DNA of 64,000 bases, taken from Clostridium sp. Lineage in GTDB: Bacteria > Bacillota > Clostridia > Clostridiales > Clostridiaceae. The notes beneath the pieces are model-generated. The model was not told the origin of the DNA and ran no database searches. It saw only the letters and a list, made by a program, of their open reading frames with translations. Of the stretch, positions 40,508 through 52,395 are shown in pieces. Every line of letters starts with the position of its first letter. The stretch's first letter is position 1. Made by a program: the position numbers and the translations under genes. Location: contig NZ_JAENWM010000004.1 of the NCBI RefSeq assembly GCF_016650035.1, positions 5,896 through 69,895 of the forward strand, read 5' to 3'.

Positions 40508-41749
40508 TTAGAAAAAATCCGCAAAAAAATCTTTTACTTTTGATGCAAATTTATTATTTTCCTTTTTATTTTGGTTTTTTGACATTTTGAGCTCATCTGA
40601 CTTCTCAGATAAACTATTATTAAATTTAATATTATTTGCAGCTTGGACAACTATTCCCACTGCGGTAACATATATAGGGCTAGCCGCTCCTACATACTCT
40701 GGTGAGCCTATCCTAACTGGTTTATCCAATATGAATTTACTTAGTTCACTAGTACCTCTAAACAAGGATATTCCCCCACCAACTATAACAGCGCCAGAAA
40801 GATCTTTATAATATCCACTATTTATTAAGTTTCTTTTAATTAAATGTAATATTTCTTCTACCCTAGCCTGAATTATATCAACTAATAAATTGTTATCAAT
40901 TTCCATTACATTACTGTAAGAATCCTTAACTCTAATTTTCTCCTCCTCAGTTTCTTTGTCTTTAATTAAACTCCCAAATTTAAGTTTTAATCTTTCACCT
41001 TCGCTAAAAGGAACTTTAAGACAAACTGAGATATCATTGGTTATGTTATCTCCACCTAAAGGAACAATAGAAGTATGTTTTAATTTCCCACTCTCGTAAA
41101 TAGATATATCAACAGTTGCTGATCCAACATCTACTAGTGCTAAACCCATGTCTTTCTCTTCTTTTTTTAACACAGCCTCTGATATAGCTGAAGGCCCCAG
41201 TACTATACCGTTAATTTTAATCCCAGCCCTTTGGACACTTTTTAATAAATTTCTAACTACCGTAGATTTTGCCATTACAACTTGTGCTTCAACTTCAAGT
41301 CTTAATCCACTCATTCCTCTAGGGTCTTTAATATTGTCATATCCATCAACAATATATTGTTCAGGCTCAACACCTACTACTTCTTTATCGGATGGAATTG
41401 AAATAAGTTTAGCTGCTTCAATTACTCTGTCAATATCACTCTGTTTAATTTCCTTGTCTTCAGAAGATATTGCAATCATTCCTGTATTTCTTATTAGTTC
41501 ACAAATACCTCCAGGTAATGATATATATCCTTCACTGATTTGCGTATCTGTCATACGCTCGAGTTGTGTTACACATTGTTTTATAGCTTCAGCTGTATTA
41601 TCAATATCAATTACAACTGATTTATTTAAACCACTACATACAACTGATGTAATGCCTATAATCTGAAGTTGTCCATTACTACTAATTTTACCAACGGCTC
41701 CACATATTTTTGAAGATCCTAAATCAATTCCTACTATATGTTCATTCAT
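40508..41749 (-). CDS. ftsA: Cell division protein FtsA
   Basis: VGIDLGSSK, VDVGSATVD, C-terminal amphipathic KVKDFFADFF. Confidence 0.97.
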   Translation of the reverse strand: MNEHIVGIDLGSSKICGAVGKISSNGQLQIIGITSVVCSGLNKSVVIDIDNTAEAIKQCVTQLERMTDTQISEGYISLPGGICELIRNTGMIAISSEDKEIKQSDIDRVIEAAKLISIPSDKEVVGVEPEQYIVDGYDNIKDPRGMSGLRLEVEAQVVMAKSTVVRNLLKSVQRAGIKINGIVLGPSAISEAVLKKEEKDMGLALVDVGSATVDISIYESGKLKHTSIVPLGGDNITNDISVCLKVPFSEGERLKLKFGSLIKDKETEEEKIRVKDSYSNVMEIDNNLLVDIIQARVEEILHLIKRNLINSGYYKDLSGAVIVGGGISLFRGTSELSKFILDKPVRIGSPEYVGAASPIYVTAVGIVVQAANNIKFNNSLSEKSDELKMSKNQNKKENNKFASKVKDFFADFF

Positions 41750-41789
41750 TAAGTCTATCCTCCTCTCCTAAGAGAAACCTTAAGTTTAT

Positions 41790-41818
41790 ATATTCAACAA
41801 AAAAATAAATTCTCCTCT
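41790..41818 (-). promoter_or_regulatory. SigH-type promoter of ftsA
   Basis: AGAGGAGAA-N11-GTTGAATAT. Confidence 0.7.
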
Positions 41819-42110
41819 TATTTAAATCAATTATTTAAAATGTTTATTAAAAATTTAAATATTTCTCACATTTATAAGCTTTTTTAGTAATATATATAAT
41901 TTCAATTTGTAATTAGTAAATTATATTAAATTTATGATTAAAGAGTTGAATTGCTCCTATACGTAATTATAGTAGCAATATATAAATTATGCAATCTTTT
42001 GTTCAGTAATTTTATTGAACTTTTGCAACCTTTATAATTTATGATTATTATTGAAAATAAAGCTAAAAGCTATAGTCTATCTATGCTTATAGCTTTATTT
42101 AAATTTTGCA

Positions 42111-43166
42111 CTAAAGTGATAACATTCTTACCATCATTTCAGTATCTACTGAGTAAGTCATTGCATCATCTTTAGATATAATTCCTTTTTTAAATAAATC
42201 TGCAACTGACGTGTCCATAGTTTTCATACCATATTTTCCTCCAGTCTGAACACAGGACTGTAGTTGATGAGTCTTACCTTCTCGAATAAGGTTTTGGATT
42301 GCTGGAGTAGATATCATAATCTCAAGAGCTGCGGCTCTCCCTCCATCATTAATTTTAGGGATTAATTGTTGAGAAACGATTCCTTGCATTACTGAAGCTA
42401 ATTGAACTTTAATTTGTTGCTGCTGATACGGAGGAAAAACATCTACTATTCTATCTACGGTTTTTGCAGCACCTATGGTATGTAACGTAGAAAAAACTAA
42501 ATGCCCAGTTTCAGCAGCAGTAATAGCAATGGAAATAGTTTCAAGATCTCTCATTTCGCCTACTAATATAACATCCGGATCTTCTCTAAGTATAGCTTTT
42601 AGTGCATTTTTGTAATTCTTACTGTCTTTTCCAATTTCTCTTTGATTAATAATAGATTTATTGTGTTTATGCAAATATTCAATAGGATCTTCGAGTGTTA
42701 TAATATTACAGGCCCTAGTAGTATTTATTTCATTAACCATAGCCGCTAGTGTAGTACTTTTACCACTTCCCGTAGGACCTGTTACTAAAACTAATCCTCT
42801 TTGTTTTGTAGTAAGGTTCCTAACAACCTCTGGGAAATCTAGCTGTTTCAAAGTAGGTATTTTTAACGAAACTACTCTAATTGCTATAGTATCGCTTCCT
42901 CTTTGCTTGTAAACATTAACTCTAAATCTTCCAAGACCGAAAATGGAGTAAGAAGTATCAATTTCTCCTATTTCACAGTATTCCTTATAGGCATCCTCTA
43001 AAATTTCTCTCGAGTAATTTTCAGTATCATCTGGAGTTAATTTATCTTTTCCTACTTGTATTAGATGACCATTAACTCTAATAACCGGAACAGAACCAAC
43101 TGTTAGGTGCAGATCCGATGCATTTTCTTCCGTTGTTTTTTCTAGTAATTCACTAAGTGATATCAT
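42111..43166 (-). CDS. pilT: Type IV pilus retraction ATPase PilT
   Basis: GPTGSGKSTT, TLEDPIE, LREDPDVILVGEMRD, ETGHLVFSTLH, AIQNLIRE. Confidence 0.95.
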   Translation of the reverse strand: MISLSELLEKTTEENASDLHLTVGSVPVIRVNGHLIQVGKDKLTPDDTENYSREILEDAYKEYCEIGEIDTSYSIFGLGRFRVNVYKQRGSDTIAIRVVSLKIPTLKQLDFPEVVRNLTTKQRGLVLVTGPTGSGKSTTLAAMVNEINTTRACNIITLEDPIEYLHKHNKSIINQREIGKDSKNYKNALKAILREDPDVILVGEMRDLETISIAITAAETGHLVFSTLHTIGAAKTVDRIVDVFPPYQQQQIKVQLASVMQGIVSQQLIPKINDGGRAAALEIMISTPAIQNLIREGKTHQLQSCVQTGGKYGMKTMDTSVADLFKKGIISKDDAMTYSVDTEMMVRMLSL

Positions 43167-43208
43167 TATTTTTCCCCCTGTTCAGTTAATGAAACTTCTT
43201 AAATTTAT

Positions 43209-43238
43209 ATATTCGACAAAATTATATGATTATCCTTT
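43209..43238 (-). promoter_or_regulatory. SigH-type promoter of pilT (the -10 overlaps a TGTCGAA 0A-box-like heptamer)
   Basis: AAAGGATAA-N12-GTCGAATAT. Confidence 0.65.
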
Positions 43239-43250
43239 TTTTACTACTTA

Positions 43251-43979
43251 TTATAATTTATTAGTACTATTTATCCTAGTTTTATTGGTATTATTCAATT
43301 CTCTATAAAGCTTTTTCAAAGCCCTTTTTTCAATTCTAGACACATAGGATCTAGAAATTCCTAGAATCAATGCAATTTCTCTTTGAGTTCTAGGGTTACC
43401 ATCGAGTAACCCATAGCGCATTTGAATTATTATTTTTTCCCTATCCATTAACGCTACGTTTATCTTATTATAGAGTTTTTTAATTTGTATCTTATTTTCT
43501 ACTATCTCAATGATAGAATCCTCATCACTACTTAATACATCCATAAGGGATATTTCGTTGCCCTCTTTATCAATTCCAATAGGATCCTGAAGGTAAACTT
43601 CACCTTTAGTTTTCTTATTATTACGAATAAGCATAAGTATCTCATTTTCTATACACCTTGCAGCATAGGTAGCAAGCCTTGTTCCCTTATTTGTATCAAA
43701 GGAATCGATAGCCTTAATAAGCCCCACAGTTCCAATAGATATAAGGTCATCTACATCCTTTCCTGGGTAGGAATATTTTTTAACTATATGTGCAACTAGT
43801 CTTAAATTTCGTTCAACAAGTATTCCTTTAGCTAGTAAATCGCCTTCTTTTAGCTTTGTCAAATATAATTTCTCTTCTTCTTCACATAGGGGCTGTGGGA
43901 ATGAACTACTACCCGTTATATAAGCTGTTAAAAATGTAACATTGGAAAGCATATCTAATAAACAATTCATGAAAAACAC
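43251..43979 (-). CDS. sigK: Sporulation sigma factor SigK, uninterrupted
   Basis: SFPQPL, ERNLRLVAHIVKKY, TQREIALILGISRSYVSRIEK; continuous ORF. Confidence 0.96.
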   Translation of the reverse strand: MFFMNCLLDMLSNVTFLTAYITGSSSFPQPLCEEEEKLYLTKLKEGDLLAKGILVERNLRLVAHIVKKYSYPGKDVDDLISIGTVGLIKAIDSFDTNKGTRLATYAARCIENEILMLIRNNKKTKGEVYLQDPIGIDKEGNEISLMDVLSSDEDSIIEIVENKIQIKKLYNKINVALMDREKIIIQMRYGLLDGNPRTQREIALILGISRSYVSRIEKRALKKLYRELNNTNKTRINSTNKL

Positions 43980-44069
43980 GGATGTTCCTCCTAATAGTGC
44001 TTATAATATAATATGATTTATTTTAACAATATTGCATGTACCTAAAATTTATTTTTATTTTCCAACTTA

Positions 44070-45743
44070 TTATTTAATATTTTTAAGTGTTTTAAACGAC
44101 TCAATTATTTCCTTAAAAATTGGGGCAGCTGTTGTCCCTCCCTCCTCGTCATTTTTACCTTCAATATTTATATCAATATCAGGCACAAATACAACCATAG
44201 AATAATTTTTACCATTCAAATTAAAAAAGCCAACAAACCACCCATCAGAACATTCTTCACCATTATCAATATACTCAGTGGTTCCAGTTTTTCCACCTAT
44301 ATCCATACCTTCAATGTATGCCTGTTTCCCTGTGCCCTTGGTTACTACATCCATCATAAAATATTTCATTGTTTCTGCTGTTTCAGATTTTAATACCTGT
44401 GAAGTTTTATAAGCAATTCCCTCTAAAACTTCATTAGTATCATTTACATATGCTTCTATTATGCTTGGCTGAACATATATCCCCTTGTTTATAATAGTAT
44501 TAGGAATGTTAATAGCTTGAAGGGGTGTTATTCTATCAGTTTGGCCAATAACAGACTGACTTATATTTCCATCATCCGCTGATAAATTCACCTTAACACT
44601 ATTCTCATAATGCAGGTTTAATATCTTACTTAATAGTCCTTGTTTTTCTGCATAATCATATATATTTTCAAGGCCTACCTTCGAACCTATTTGAGCATAT
44701 ATGTCGTTAGAAGAATCATAATAAGCCTCTCCATGTGTATATTCATATCCATTTCCATGCTTATCTAGTTTCTCAAATGATTTACCATCCACTGTAAATA
44801 TTTCATTCTTGTCTATTATATCTAGGTCTAGCCCAGCTTCTGACACAATGGTTTTAAATATAGATCCTGGATAGGCTATTCCTAAATTCACATTATTCAG
44901 CGTATCATCCTTTTGTGCCATTGCTCTTATTTTCCCAGTCTGACTTTCCATTAGAACAACGCCAATTTGTTTATATTTTTTTTCGTGAAGAATAGCTTCA
45001 ACTTTGTCTTGAATTTCTTTATCTAAAGTAAGTCTTACATTAACATTGTTTTCTGGATAAATAATTTTGCCTTCAGATATTTCACCATCCACTTCTTTAT
45101 CAAACCTAATTTTTTCGAATTGATTGTTTTTAGTTTTATTATATATTTGCATTTCTAAAGATTCAGCATCTTTGAATACAGGATATTCAACGTCTTTCTT
45201 ATTGTATTTGGGATTAGTCAATAAATTTTCTATTTTCCAATATCCATCACTAATGAACTCATTTACAGCATAAGTATAAAAGCCTTTTACACCTTCGATA
45301 TCTTTAATCTTATCATAAGTTATTTTATCAATTTTATATCTTACCTTTTCAAAACTACCATTTCCTTCAATATTGTCTAAATCATAGTTCTTATTATAGT
45401 TTCTTAAAGTAATAGTTAAAGCTTCCATATCGTATTTGCTAGTGTATTCATTAAATCTGAAATAATCCACTGGATCAATAACTGCAGTGTAGTTCATTTC
45501 ATAATTTAAAAGATTGTTTCCATTACGGTCAAGTAATTTATAGGATGTGCCATATTTTTCATCTATTGTATATTGTGCATTAAACATCGCCTTTAAAGGC
45601 TCGGCTTTAAAATACATGTGATTTGAAATTTTCCAGATTAATAAACAAAAGAAAAGTATAAAGATAATCATCGTTATCCAAATTCTTTTTCGAATTTCAG
45701 TCTTATGATTTGAATTCCCAAAGATATCATTTCCACTATACAT
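44070..45743 (-). CDS. Class B penicillin-binding protein
   Basis: N-terminal TM helix; SIFK (SxxK), SSN (SxN), KTG motifs. Confidence 0.9.
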   Translation of the reverse strand: MYSGNDIFGNSNHKTEIRKRIWITMIIFILFFCLLIWKISNHMYFKAEPLKAMFNAQYTIDEKYGTSYKLLDRNGNNLLNYEMNYTAVIDPVDYFRFNEYTSKYDMEALTITLRNYNKNYDLDNIEGNGSFEKVRYKIDKITYDKIKDIEGVKGFYTYAVNEFISDGYWKIENLLTNPKYNKKDVEYPVFKDAESLEMQIYNKTKNNQFEKIRFDKEVDGEISEGKIIYPENNVNVRLTLDKEIQDKVEAILHEKKYKQIGVVLMESQTGKIRAMAQKDDTLNNVNLGIAYPGSIFKTIVSEAGLDLDIIDKNEIFTVDGKSFEKLDKHGNGYEYTHGEAYYDSSNDIYAQIGSKVGLENIYDYAEKQGLLSKILNLHYENSVKVNLSADDGNISQSVIGQTDRITPLQAINIPNTIINKGIYVQPSIIEAYVNDTNEVLEGIAYKTSQVLKSETAETMKYFMMDVVTKGTGKQAYIEGMDIGGKTGTTEYIDNGEECSDGWFVGFFNLNGKNYSMVVFVPDIDINIEGKNDEEGGTTAAPIFKEIIESFKTLKNIK

Positions 45744-45825
45744 AAAAACACCTCACCTAGACTAATTCTCGCCTATAATGAGATGTTATATACTTTATAT
45801 TTGGTAATATATTTATATTCATTTT

Positions 45826-46455
45826 TTATTTTTGATGTTTTTGAAGTATTTGACTTATGTTTGCGGTAATTATATCGATAGCTACTTTATTCTGTCCACC
45901 TTCTGGTATTATAATATCAGCGTGCCGTTTAGTAGGTTCAGTAAATTGTTCGTGCATTGGTTTAACAACTTTTAAATATTGATTTATAACAGATTCTGTT
46001 GTTCTACCTCTCTCATTAATATCCCTCACAAGTCTTCTTATAAATCTCACATCTGCATCAGTATCTACATATATTTTAATATCTAGCATATCACGAAGAA
46101 TTTTTTCCTGAAGTATAAGAATTCCTTCAACTATAATAATTTCTCTTGACTGCACAATTTGTGTTTCTTGTATTCTATTATGAATTTCAAAATCATATAT
46201 GGGTTTTTCGACAGTTTGTCCTTCTAAAAGAAGATTTAACTGAGAAACCAAAAGTGTAGTATCAAAAGCATCTGGGTGGTCATAGTTGGTTTTGACTCTT
46301 TCTTCAAAAGAAAGGTTACTTTGATCCTTATAATAAGAATCCTGTTCAATCATAGCAATACATGTTGAATCAAAATGTTTATAAATTTCTCTTGCAATAG
46401 TGCTTTTTCCTGAACCTGTTCCCCCTGCTATGCCTATTAAAATCGGACGATGCAT
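45826..46455 (-). CDS. udk: Uridine kinase
   Basis: [33 protein letters not shown]. Confidence 0.97.
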   Translation of the reverse strand: MHRPILIGIAGGTGSGKSTIAREIYKHFDSTCIAMIEQDSYYKDQSNLSFEERVKTNYDHPDAFDTTLLVSQLNLLLEGQTVEKPIYDFEIHNRIQETQIVQSREIIIVEGILILQEKILRDMLDIKIYVDTDADVRFIRRLVRDINERGRTTESVINQYLKVVKPMHEQFTEPTKRHADIIIPEGGQNKVAIDIITANISQILQKHQK

Positions 46456-47678
46456 TATTTTTCCTCCTTAGATTTTATAAGTATATCATTCTCGCAAAGA
46501 TTTTCACATGTATTTACAGTAAACAACATCTGAGCACTTGGAGCAGAAGCTATGCTCTCTCCTTTAGAATTTCTCATATCATTAAGCGAAATTGAAACAT
46601 TATCCCCCACAGGCCTTAATACCTCCACAGTATCACCCTGAAACACCTTATTTCTTTGCTCTATTAATGCAATATTGCTTTCTTTATTGTATCCCCTTAC
46701 AATTCCAATAATGTCATAGTTTCTAATATACGAAGAAGATTCATATATCTGCTTGTTTGGATCTCCAAAGTAGAACCCAGTATAAAATTGTCTATGGCTA
46801 GGTTTTAGGAGATTATCCATCCATTTTTGCTTAAATTTATAATTTATAGGATTAGCTATATAATTATCCACAGCGTCCCTATATGATTTACATACAGAAG
46901 CAACATAATATGAGCTTTTCATTCTTCCTTCTATCTTAAAGGACATTATACCTGATTCCATAAGTTCTGGTATATGTTCTATCATGCATAAGTCCTTTGA
47001 ATTCATTATATAAGTACCTTTATCATCTTCAATTATGGGAAAGTATTCCCCATCCCTTTTTTCTTCCACTAAAAAATATTTATATCTACATGGCTGAGCA
47101 CATTGTCCACGATTTGCATCTCTTCCTGTCATATAATTTGACATCAAACACCTTCCGGAATAGGACATGCACATAGACCCATGAACAAAAGCTTCAAGTT
47201 CACAAGTATCAGGTAACTTTTCTCTAATTTCTTTAATTTCTTTTAGCGATAATTCTCTTGCAAGGACAATTCTTTTCACACCTTGCTTATGCCAAAAAAT
47301 AGCAGATTTATAGTTTACATTATTAGCTTGTGTGCTTAAATGAATTTCTAAATTTGGTACAACTTCTCTAGCTGTCATAATAATACCCGGATCAGATACA
47401 ATGATAGCATCCGCACCTAATTCATATACTTCTTTTAAGTAATCCTCTAAACCATCTAAATCCTCATTATGAGCAAATACATTTAAAGTAACATACACCT
47501 TTTTTCCTCTTAAATGTGCAAAATCTATACCTTCTTTTAAGTCTTCATTACTAAAATTATCTGCAAAAGCTCTCAAATTCAATTTACTTCCACCTAAATA
47601 AACTGCATCTGCGCCAAAATTTATAGCTGCTTTTAATTTTTCTAAATTACCTGCAGGTGCTAGTATTTCTGGTTCCAT
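46455..47678 (-). CDS. U32-family protein (probable tRNA wobble-U hydroxylase, TrhP-like)
   Basis: [36 protein letters not shown]; sits between an O-methyltransferase and udk. Confidence 0.88.
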   Translation of the reverse strand: MEPEILAPAGNLEKLKAAINFGADAVYLGGSKLNLRAFADNFSNEDLKEGIDFAHLRGKKVYVTLNVFAHNEDLDGLEDYLKEVYELGADAIIVSDPGIIMTAREVVPNLEIHLSTQANNVNYKSAIFWHKQGVKRIVLARELSLKEIKEIREKLPDTCELEAFVHGSMCMSYSGRCLMSNYMTGRDANRGQCAQPCRYKYFLVEEKRDGEYFPIIEDDKGTYIMNSKDLCMIEHIPELMESGIMSFKIEGRMKSSYYVASVCKSYRDAVDNYIANPINYKFKQKWMDNLLKPSHRQFYTGFYFGDPNKQIYESSSYIRNYDIIGIVRGYNKESNIALIEQRNKVFQGDTVEVLRPVGDNVSISLNDMRNSKGESIASAPSAQMLFTVNTCENLCENDILIKSKEEK

Positions 47679-48352
47679 TAGCTCAATTCCTCCTCTTTGC
47701 TAGCTGTACTTTTTCTCACAGTAACTGAGATTCCATCTCCCATTGGTATTACAGAAGTTATAAGTTCATCATTATTAGATACTAATTCTAAATAACTTTG
47801 CATACGTTTTATTATAGTGATTTTTCTACGCTCAAAAAGTGCTTTAGACGCAACCATCCCCCTAAAAAGGACATTATCTGCAATAAGGACACCTTCTTTG
47901 CTTAATAGCCTAAGACAGTGAGGCAGAAAATGATTATAGTGACCTTTACCTGCATCTATAAAAATTATATCATATTCACCTTTGTGATTTTCTAAAATTT
48001 CAAGGCAATCTCCCTTAAGAACAGTAATTTTATTTCCCAGTCTGTATTTTTCTATGTTAGCTTTTGCAATCTCTATCATTTTTTCGTCTCTTTCAATAGT
48101 CGTAATTTCACATGTGCCACCAGAAGCTAGATTCATTAAAATAGATGAATATCCTATAGCAGTACCAAGTTCTAAAATCTTTTTAGGTCTATTTATGGTT
48201 ATCATAAGTTCTAAAAATTTGGCTGTTTCCTTTTGAACTATAGGAACTCTGTTTTCCATAGCAAAATTTTCAAGCTCTTCTAAAATGCCATTACTGCTTG
48301 GAATTAATTCTCTTAAATATTGTTCCATATAATCATATGTTATCCCACTCAT
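47678..48352 (-). CDS. O-methyltransferase (TrmR/YrrM-like)
   Basis: ILELGTAIGYS, IFIDAGK, ADNVLFRG. Confidence 0.88.
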   Translation of the reverse strand: MSGITYDYMEQYLRELIPSSNGILEELENFAMENRVPIVQKETAKFLELMITINRPKKILELGTAIGYSSILMNLASGGTCEITTIERDEKMIEIAKANIEKYRLGNKITVLKGDCLEILENHKGEYDIIFIDAGKGHYNHFLPHCLRLLSKEGVLIADNVLFRGMVASKALFERRKITIIKRMQSYLELVSNNDELITSVIPMGDGISVTVRKSTASKEEELS

Positions 48353-48381
48353 TTAATTCCCTCCAAAAATTCATTAAAACA

Positions 48382-48439
48382 CATGCAAATAAATAACAAG
48401 TCAAAAAACAATTTTCTTGACTTGTTATTTATTTGCATG
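48382..48439. terminator. Terminator after mltG
   Basis: Perfect 23 bp arms CATGCAAATAAATAACAAGTCAA / TTGACTTGTTATTTATTTGCATG with a 12 nt loop. Confidence 0.75.
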
Positions 48440-48455
48440 AGACTAAAACACAGCA

Positions 48456-49451
48456 TTAAAATCCTTGTGTTATACCTTTTTCCTTCATGAATTTTTTATA
48501 GTCATCTGTAAAATAATGTTTTCCATCATTAGTGGAAACAAAATACAAATAGTTTGTTGTAGCAGGAGACAAGGCTGCTTTAATAGATTCTTTCCCTGGG
48601 TTACAAATTGGTCCTACGGGAAACCCTTTTACTATGTAGGTGTTATAAGGTGATTCTATTTCTAAATCTTTATTTAGTAGTTTATCCTTGTGTATACCTA
48701 GTGAATATAAAACTGTAGCACAAGATTGTAACTTCATGTCTATTTTTAATCTATTATAAAAAACAGATGCTACATTAACTCGTTCATTCTTATCTCTAGT
48801 TTCATTTTCAACGATAGATGCCATTATTATTAAATCATCTAATTTCTTCATATCTATAGTTTTTTCTTTGTTTAATTCAATTATTGTAGTATCAAATTTA
48901 TCCAACATGGATTTTATTATTTCATTTCCACTCATACCAACTTTAAAATCATAGGTAGCTGGAAAAAGAAAACCCTCCAAATTATATCTTCGGTTTTCTT
49001 TTTCAACAATATAAGTTGGTAGCTTATACGTTTTACAGCTGTCTATAAATTTTTCTTTACTAATTATGCCTTTTTCCTCTAGCAACTTTGCAATACTATT
49101 TATATCATATCCTTCTGGCACCGTTACTTTAACTATATCTTCATCATTTCCAGTTGATAAAATAGTTGTTAGCTCAGTAACTGTAGCATCTTTCGGAATA
49201 AAAAACCTTCCAGCGTGAACATTTGACACAATACTATTTGTTTTGATATAAAACTTTAAAACACTCGAATTTTTTATAACCCCATTTTGGTTTAAATCAT
49301 CTAATATACTATATAGAGTATCTCCACTTTTAACTGTAACATGGACATCTTTATCAGTTTTAATAGGATGCTGTATTATTTTTTTATATTGATAATTACC
49401 AAATAATATGCAAACTACTAAAACTACAATTAATATACCAATCTTTTTCAT
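48456..49451 (-). CDS. mltG: Endolytic transglycosylase MltG
   Basis: LEGFLFPATY, ASIVENE, VFYNRL, SPYNTY, GPICNPG. Confidence 0.95.
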   Translation of the reverse strand: MKKIGILIVVLVVCILFGNYQYKKIIQHPIKTDKDVHVTVKSGDTLYSILDDLNQNGVIKNSSVLKFYIKTNSIVSNVHAGRFFIPKDATVTELTTILSTGNDEDIVKVTVPEGYDINSIAKLLEEKGIISKEKFIDSCKTYKLPTYIVEKENRRYNLEGFLFPATYDFKVGMSGNEIIKSMLDKFDTTIIELNKEKTIDMKKLDDLIIMASIVENETRDKNERVNVASVFYNRLKIDMKLQSCATVLYSLGIHKDKLLNKDLEIESPYNTYIVKGFPVGPICNPGKESIKAALSPATTNYLYFVSTNDGKHYFTDDYKKFMKEKGITQGF

Positions 49452-49472
49452 TAAACCACCCCATAGTTTAAA

Positions 49473-51296
49473 CTATTTGTTTGATTTACTGCTTGCTCTT
49501 TTTCTTTCTCCTGAGTCTAATAACCTTTTTCTCATTCTAATGTTTAGAGGAGTAATTTCAACTAACTCATCTATAGAAATAAATTCTAAGCACTGTTCTA
49601 GTGTCATTTGTCTTACTGGAACTAGTTTTGGTGATTCATCTGCTCCTGAAGATCTAGTATTTGTTAATTGTTTCTTTCTACAAATATTTATCTCCATATC
49701 TCCAGCTCTTGCACATTCCCCTGCAATCATTCCAGCATATACAGCTACTCCTGGAACTATGAAAAGAGTACCACGATCTTGAGCATTAAATAATCCGTAA
49801 GTTACTGACTCGCCACCTTCAAATACAATTAGTGATCCTCTACTTCTATCTGGAATCTCACCTTTATATTTATCATAACCATCTAGAACGTGATTCATTA
49901 TTCCATTACCCTTGGTATCAGTCATAAGTTCACTTCTAAACCCAATTAACCCTCTTGAAGGTATTTTAAATTCTAATCTAGTGTATCCATTTATAGCAGA
50001 AGTCATATTAACCATTTCTGCTTTTCTAGGTCCCATTTTTTCCATTACTACGCCCATAAATTCTTCTGGCACGTCAATTGTAAGAAGCTCTATTGGCTCT
50101 GTTTTATGACCATTTTCCTCTTTAAATATTACATTTGCTTTTGAAACTTGGAATTCATATCCTTCACGTCTCATAGTTTCAATTAGAACTGAAAGATGAA
50201 GTTCTCCTCTTCCACTTACTTCAAAACCATCATCAATTTCTTTTACTCTTAAACTAACATTAGTTTCAAGTTCTTTCATAAGTCTATCCCTTATGTGTCT
50301 TGATGTAACATAAGTCCCTTCTTGACCTGCAAAAGGAGAATTATTAACCATGAAATTCATAGTTAATGTAGGCTCATCAATTTCAATGAATGGAAGTGCC
50401 TCTGGTTCATTAATATCTGCTATTGTTTCTCCTATGTTTATGTCTGGAATACCAGAAACTGCTACGATATCGCCAAGCATTGCTTCTTCAGTTTCTTCTC
50501 TTTTAAGACCATTGTAAGTGAAAAGAGCTGAAACTTTAACATTGTTTATTGTGCCATCTTTTCTTATAAGTGCTATTTGTTGATTTCTTTTGATTGTTCC
50601 TCTTTCGATTTTACCGATTCCAATTTTACCAACATACTCATTATAATCAATAGTTGAAATAAGCAGTTGAAGTGGCATTTCTAAATAACCTTCTGGCGCT
50701 CTTACATTTTTTACTATAGATTCAAATAATGGTTCCATGTTGTCACTTACTTCATCAACTTCTAATTTAGCATACCCTTCTCTAGCAGAAGCATAAACCA
50801 CTGCAAAATCTAATTGTTCATCATCTGCTCCAAGTTCAACAAATAGGTCAAAGACTTCATCAAGTACTTCTGTTGGACGAGCATCTTTTCTATCAATTTT
50901 GTTTATAACAACTATTGGTTGAAGGTTTAATTCTAATGCCTTTTTCAAAACAAATTTAGTTTGTGGCATTGGACCTTCATATGCATCAACTACAAGAAGA
51001 ACACAATCAACCATCTTAAGTACTCGTTCAACCTCTCCGCCAAAGTCAGCGTGGCCAGGAGTATCAACTATATTTATTTTAATTCCATTATGCATTACTG
51101 CTGTATTCTTAGAAAGAATTGTTATTCCTCTTTCTTTTTCTAAATCATTTGAGTCCATTACTCTTTCTTGTACTTTTTCATTTTCTCTAAAAACATGACT
51201 TTGCTTAAGTAGGCAATCCACTATTGTTGTCTTGCCGTGATCTACGTGGGCAATTATTGCTATATTTCTAACGTCATTTCTTGTAAATAAATTCAT
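49473..51296 (-). CDS. typA: Translational GTPase TypA/BipA
   Basis: [30 protein letters not shown]; start set at ATG 51296. Confidence 0.98.
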   Translation of the reverse strand: MNLFTRNDVRNIAIIAHVDHGKTTIVDCLLKQSHVFRENEKVQERVMDSNDLEKERGITILSKNTAVMHNGIKINIVDTPGHADFGGEVERVLKMVDCVLLVVDAYEGPMPQTKFVLKKALELNLQPIVVINKIDRKDARPTEVLDEVFDLFVELGADDEQLDFAVVYASAREGYAKLEVDEVSDNMEPLFESIVKNVRAPEGYLEMPLQLLISTIDYNEYVGKIGIGKIERGTIKRNQQIALIRKDGTINNVKVSALFTYNGLKREETEEAMLGDIVAVSGIPDINIGETIADINEPEALPFIEIDEPTLTMNFMVNNSPFAGQEGTYVTSRHIRDRLMKELETNVSLRVKEIDDGFEVSGRGELHLSVLIETMRREGYEFQVSKANVIFKEENGHKTEPIELLTIDVPEEFMGVVMEKMGPRKAEMVNMTSAINGYTRLEFKIPSRGLIGFRSELMTDTKGNGIMNHVLDGYDKYKGEIPDRSRGSLIVFEGGESVTYGLFNAQDRGTLFIVPGVAVYAGMIAGECARAGDMEINICRKKQLTNTRSSGADESPKLVPVRQMTLEQCLEFISIDELVEITPLNIRMRKRLLDSGERKRASSKSNK

Positions 51297-51502
51297 ATTA
51301 ATTAATCCTCCAATTTTTTTTCGTGTGTTTAAAATTTTACACAAACGAAAATTGGATACGTCTTGCAGCATCCAATTTCCGCATTACTATACTTATTCTA
51401 ATATTATGTAACAAAAAAGTCAACTAGTCAGATTATTCATTATATTATTACCAAATGATAAATCTACTCTAGTTGAATTATTTAATATTTAACTAAACTA
51501 AA

Positions 51503-51955
51503 TTATTTTTCTAAACATTTATCACAAACCCCATAAAATTTCAAACTATGATCCTCAATTTTAAAATTGTACTGTTTTTCAACAATTGACTCTAGCTCGT
51601 CAAGTAAGTCTCCCTCAACTTCTATTACCCTACCACAGCGTTTGCAAATTAAGTGGTGATGTTGATGAATTTCCTCTTTATGGTTAAGTTCATACCTACT
51701 GCACCCATCGTCTAGGTCAAGCTTTCTGATTGTACCCATTTCTTCTAAAAGCTGAACTGTTCTATAAATTGTAGCAAGCCCAATTTCTGGGCAATCACTT
51801 TTAACCAAGTCATATAGTTCTTCAGCTGTAAGATGGCTACCTTCACTTTTAATTATGCCATTTAAAATAGCTCTTCTCTGTGGAGTAAGCTTATATCCTT
51901 CTTTTTTTAAATTTTCCTTTAAACTCTCAATGCTCTCTAGAGATAACTTTGGCAT
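51503..51955 (-). CDS. fur: Fur-family transcriptional regulator
   Basis: TPQRRAIL, GLATIYRT, HHHLICKRC, C-terminal CDKC. Confidence 0.9.
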   Translation of the reverse strand: MPKLSLESIESLKENLKKEGYKLTPQRRAILNGIIKSEGSHLTAEELYDLVKSDCPEIGLATIYRTVQLLEEMGTIRKLDLDDGCSRYELNHKEEIHQHHHLICKRCGRVIEVEGDLLDELESIVEKQYNFKIEDHSLKFYGVCDKCLEK

Positions 51956-52079
51956 AAATATCCCCCCTTTTTGTATAACAATTTACTTTCCCCATAAATT
52001 CAAATTACATTATTATAATTTAAGTTTAATACTTTATTAAGATATTGTCAATTGATAATCATTTAGATGCAAAACCAGC

Positions 52080-52337
52080 TTAAAGCTCTTCAGAAAAAAC
52101 TGCGTCATAAGCTTGTGAAATCATTTCAAACTCCTCGTCATCTTCTACTGTAACTAATATATCATTACCTTCTGCATCCTTATCAACTCTAAGTGCAACT
52201 GCATCAATATCCTCTTCTCCAGTTGGTGCAACTATAACATATTCTTTATCTTCGATATCTAATTTAGTTATAACATCAAATTCTATTTCATTACCTTCTT
52301 CATCGTTCAACATTATTGTTTCAACATTGTTATCCAT
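52080..52337 (-). CDS. DUF1292 family acidic protein
   Basis: LNDEEGNEIEF..VEDDEEFE; follows ruvX. Confidence 0.8.
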   Translation of the reverse strand: MDNNVETIMLNDEEGNEIEFDVITKLDIEDKEYVIVAPTGEEDIDAVALRVDKDAEGNDILVTVEDDEEFEMISQAYDAVFSEEL

Positions 52338-52395
52338 TTTAATTTCTCCTTTCAAATTGTATAATTAGTATTAATTCTATATTTTGAAAAAACAC

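Noticed and set aside
43251-43979. skin-type element interrupting sigK
   Set aside because: The ORF is continuous and full length, with no recombinase adjacent.
45826-48352. O-methyltransferase/U32/udk as a novel biosynthetic cluster
   Set aside because: Matches the conserved Bacillota yrrM-yrrO-udk tRNA modification neighbourhood.
52040-52070. Fur box upstream of fur
   Set aside because: Only one good half-site (ATTATCA) beside a TTGACA-N17-TAAACT promoter; too weak in AT-rich DNA.
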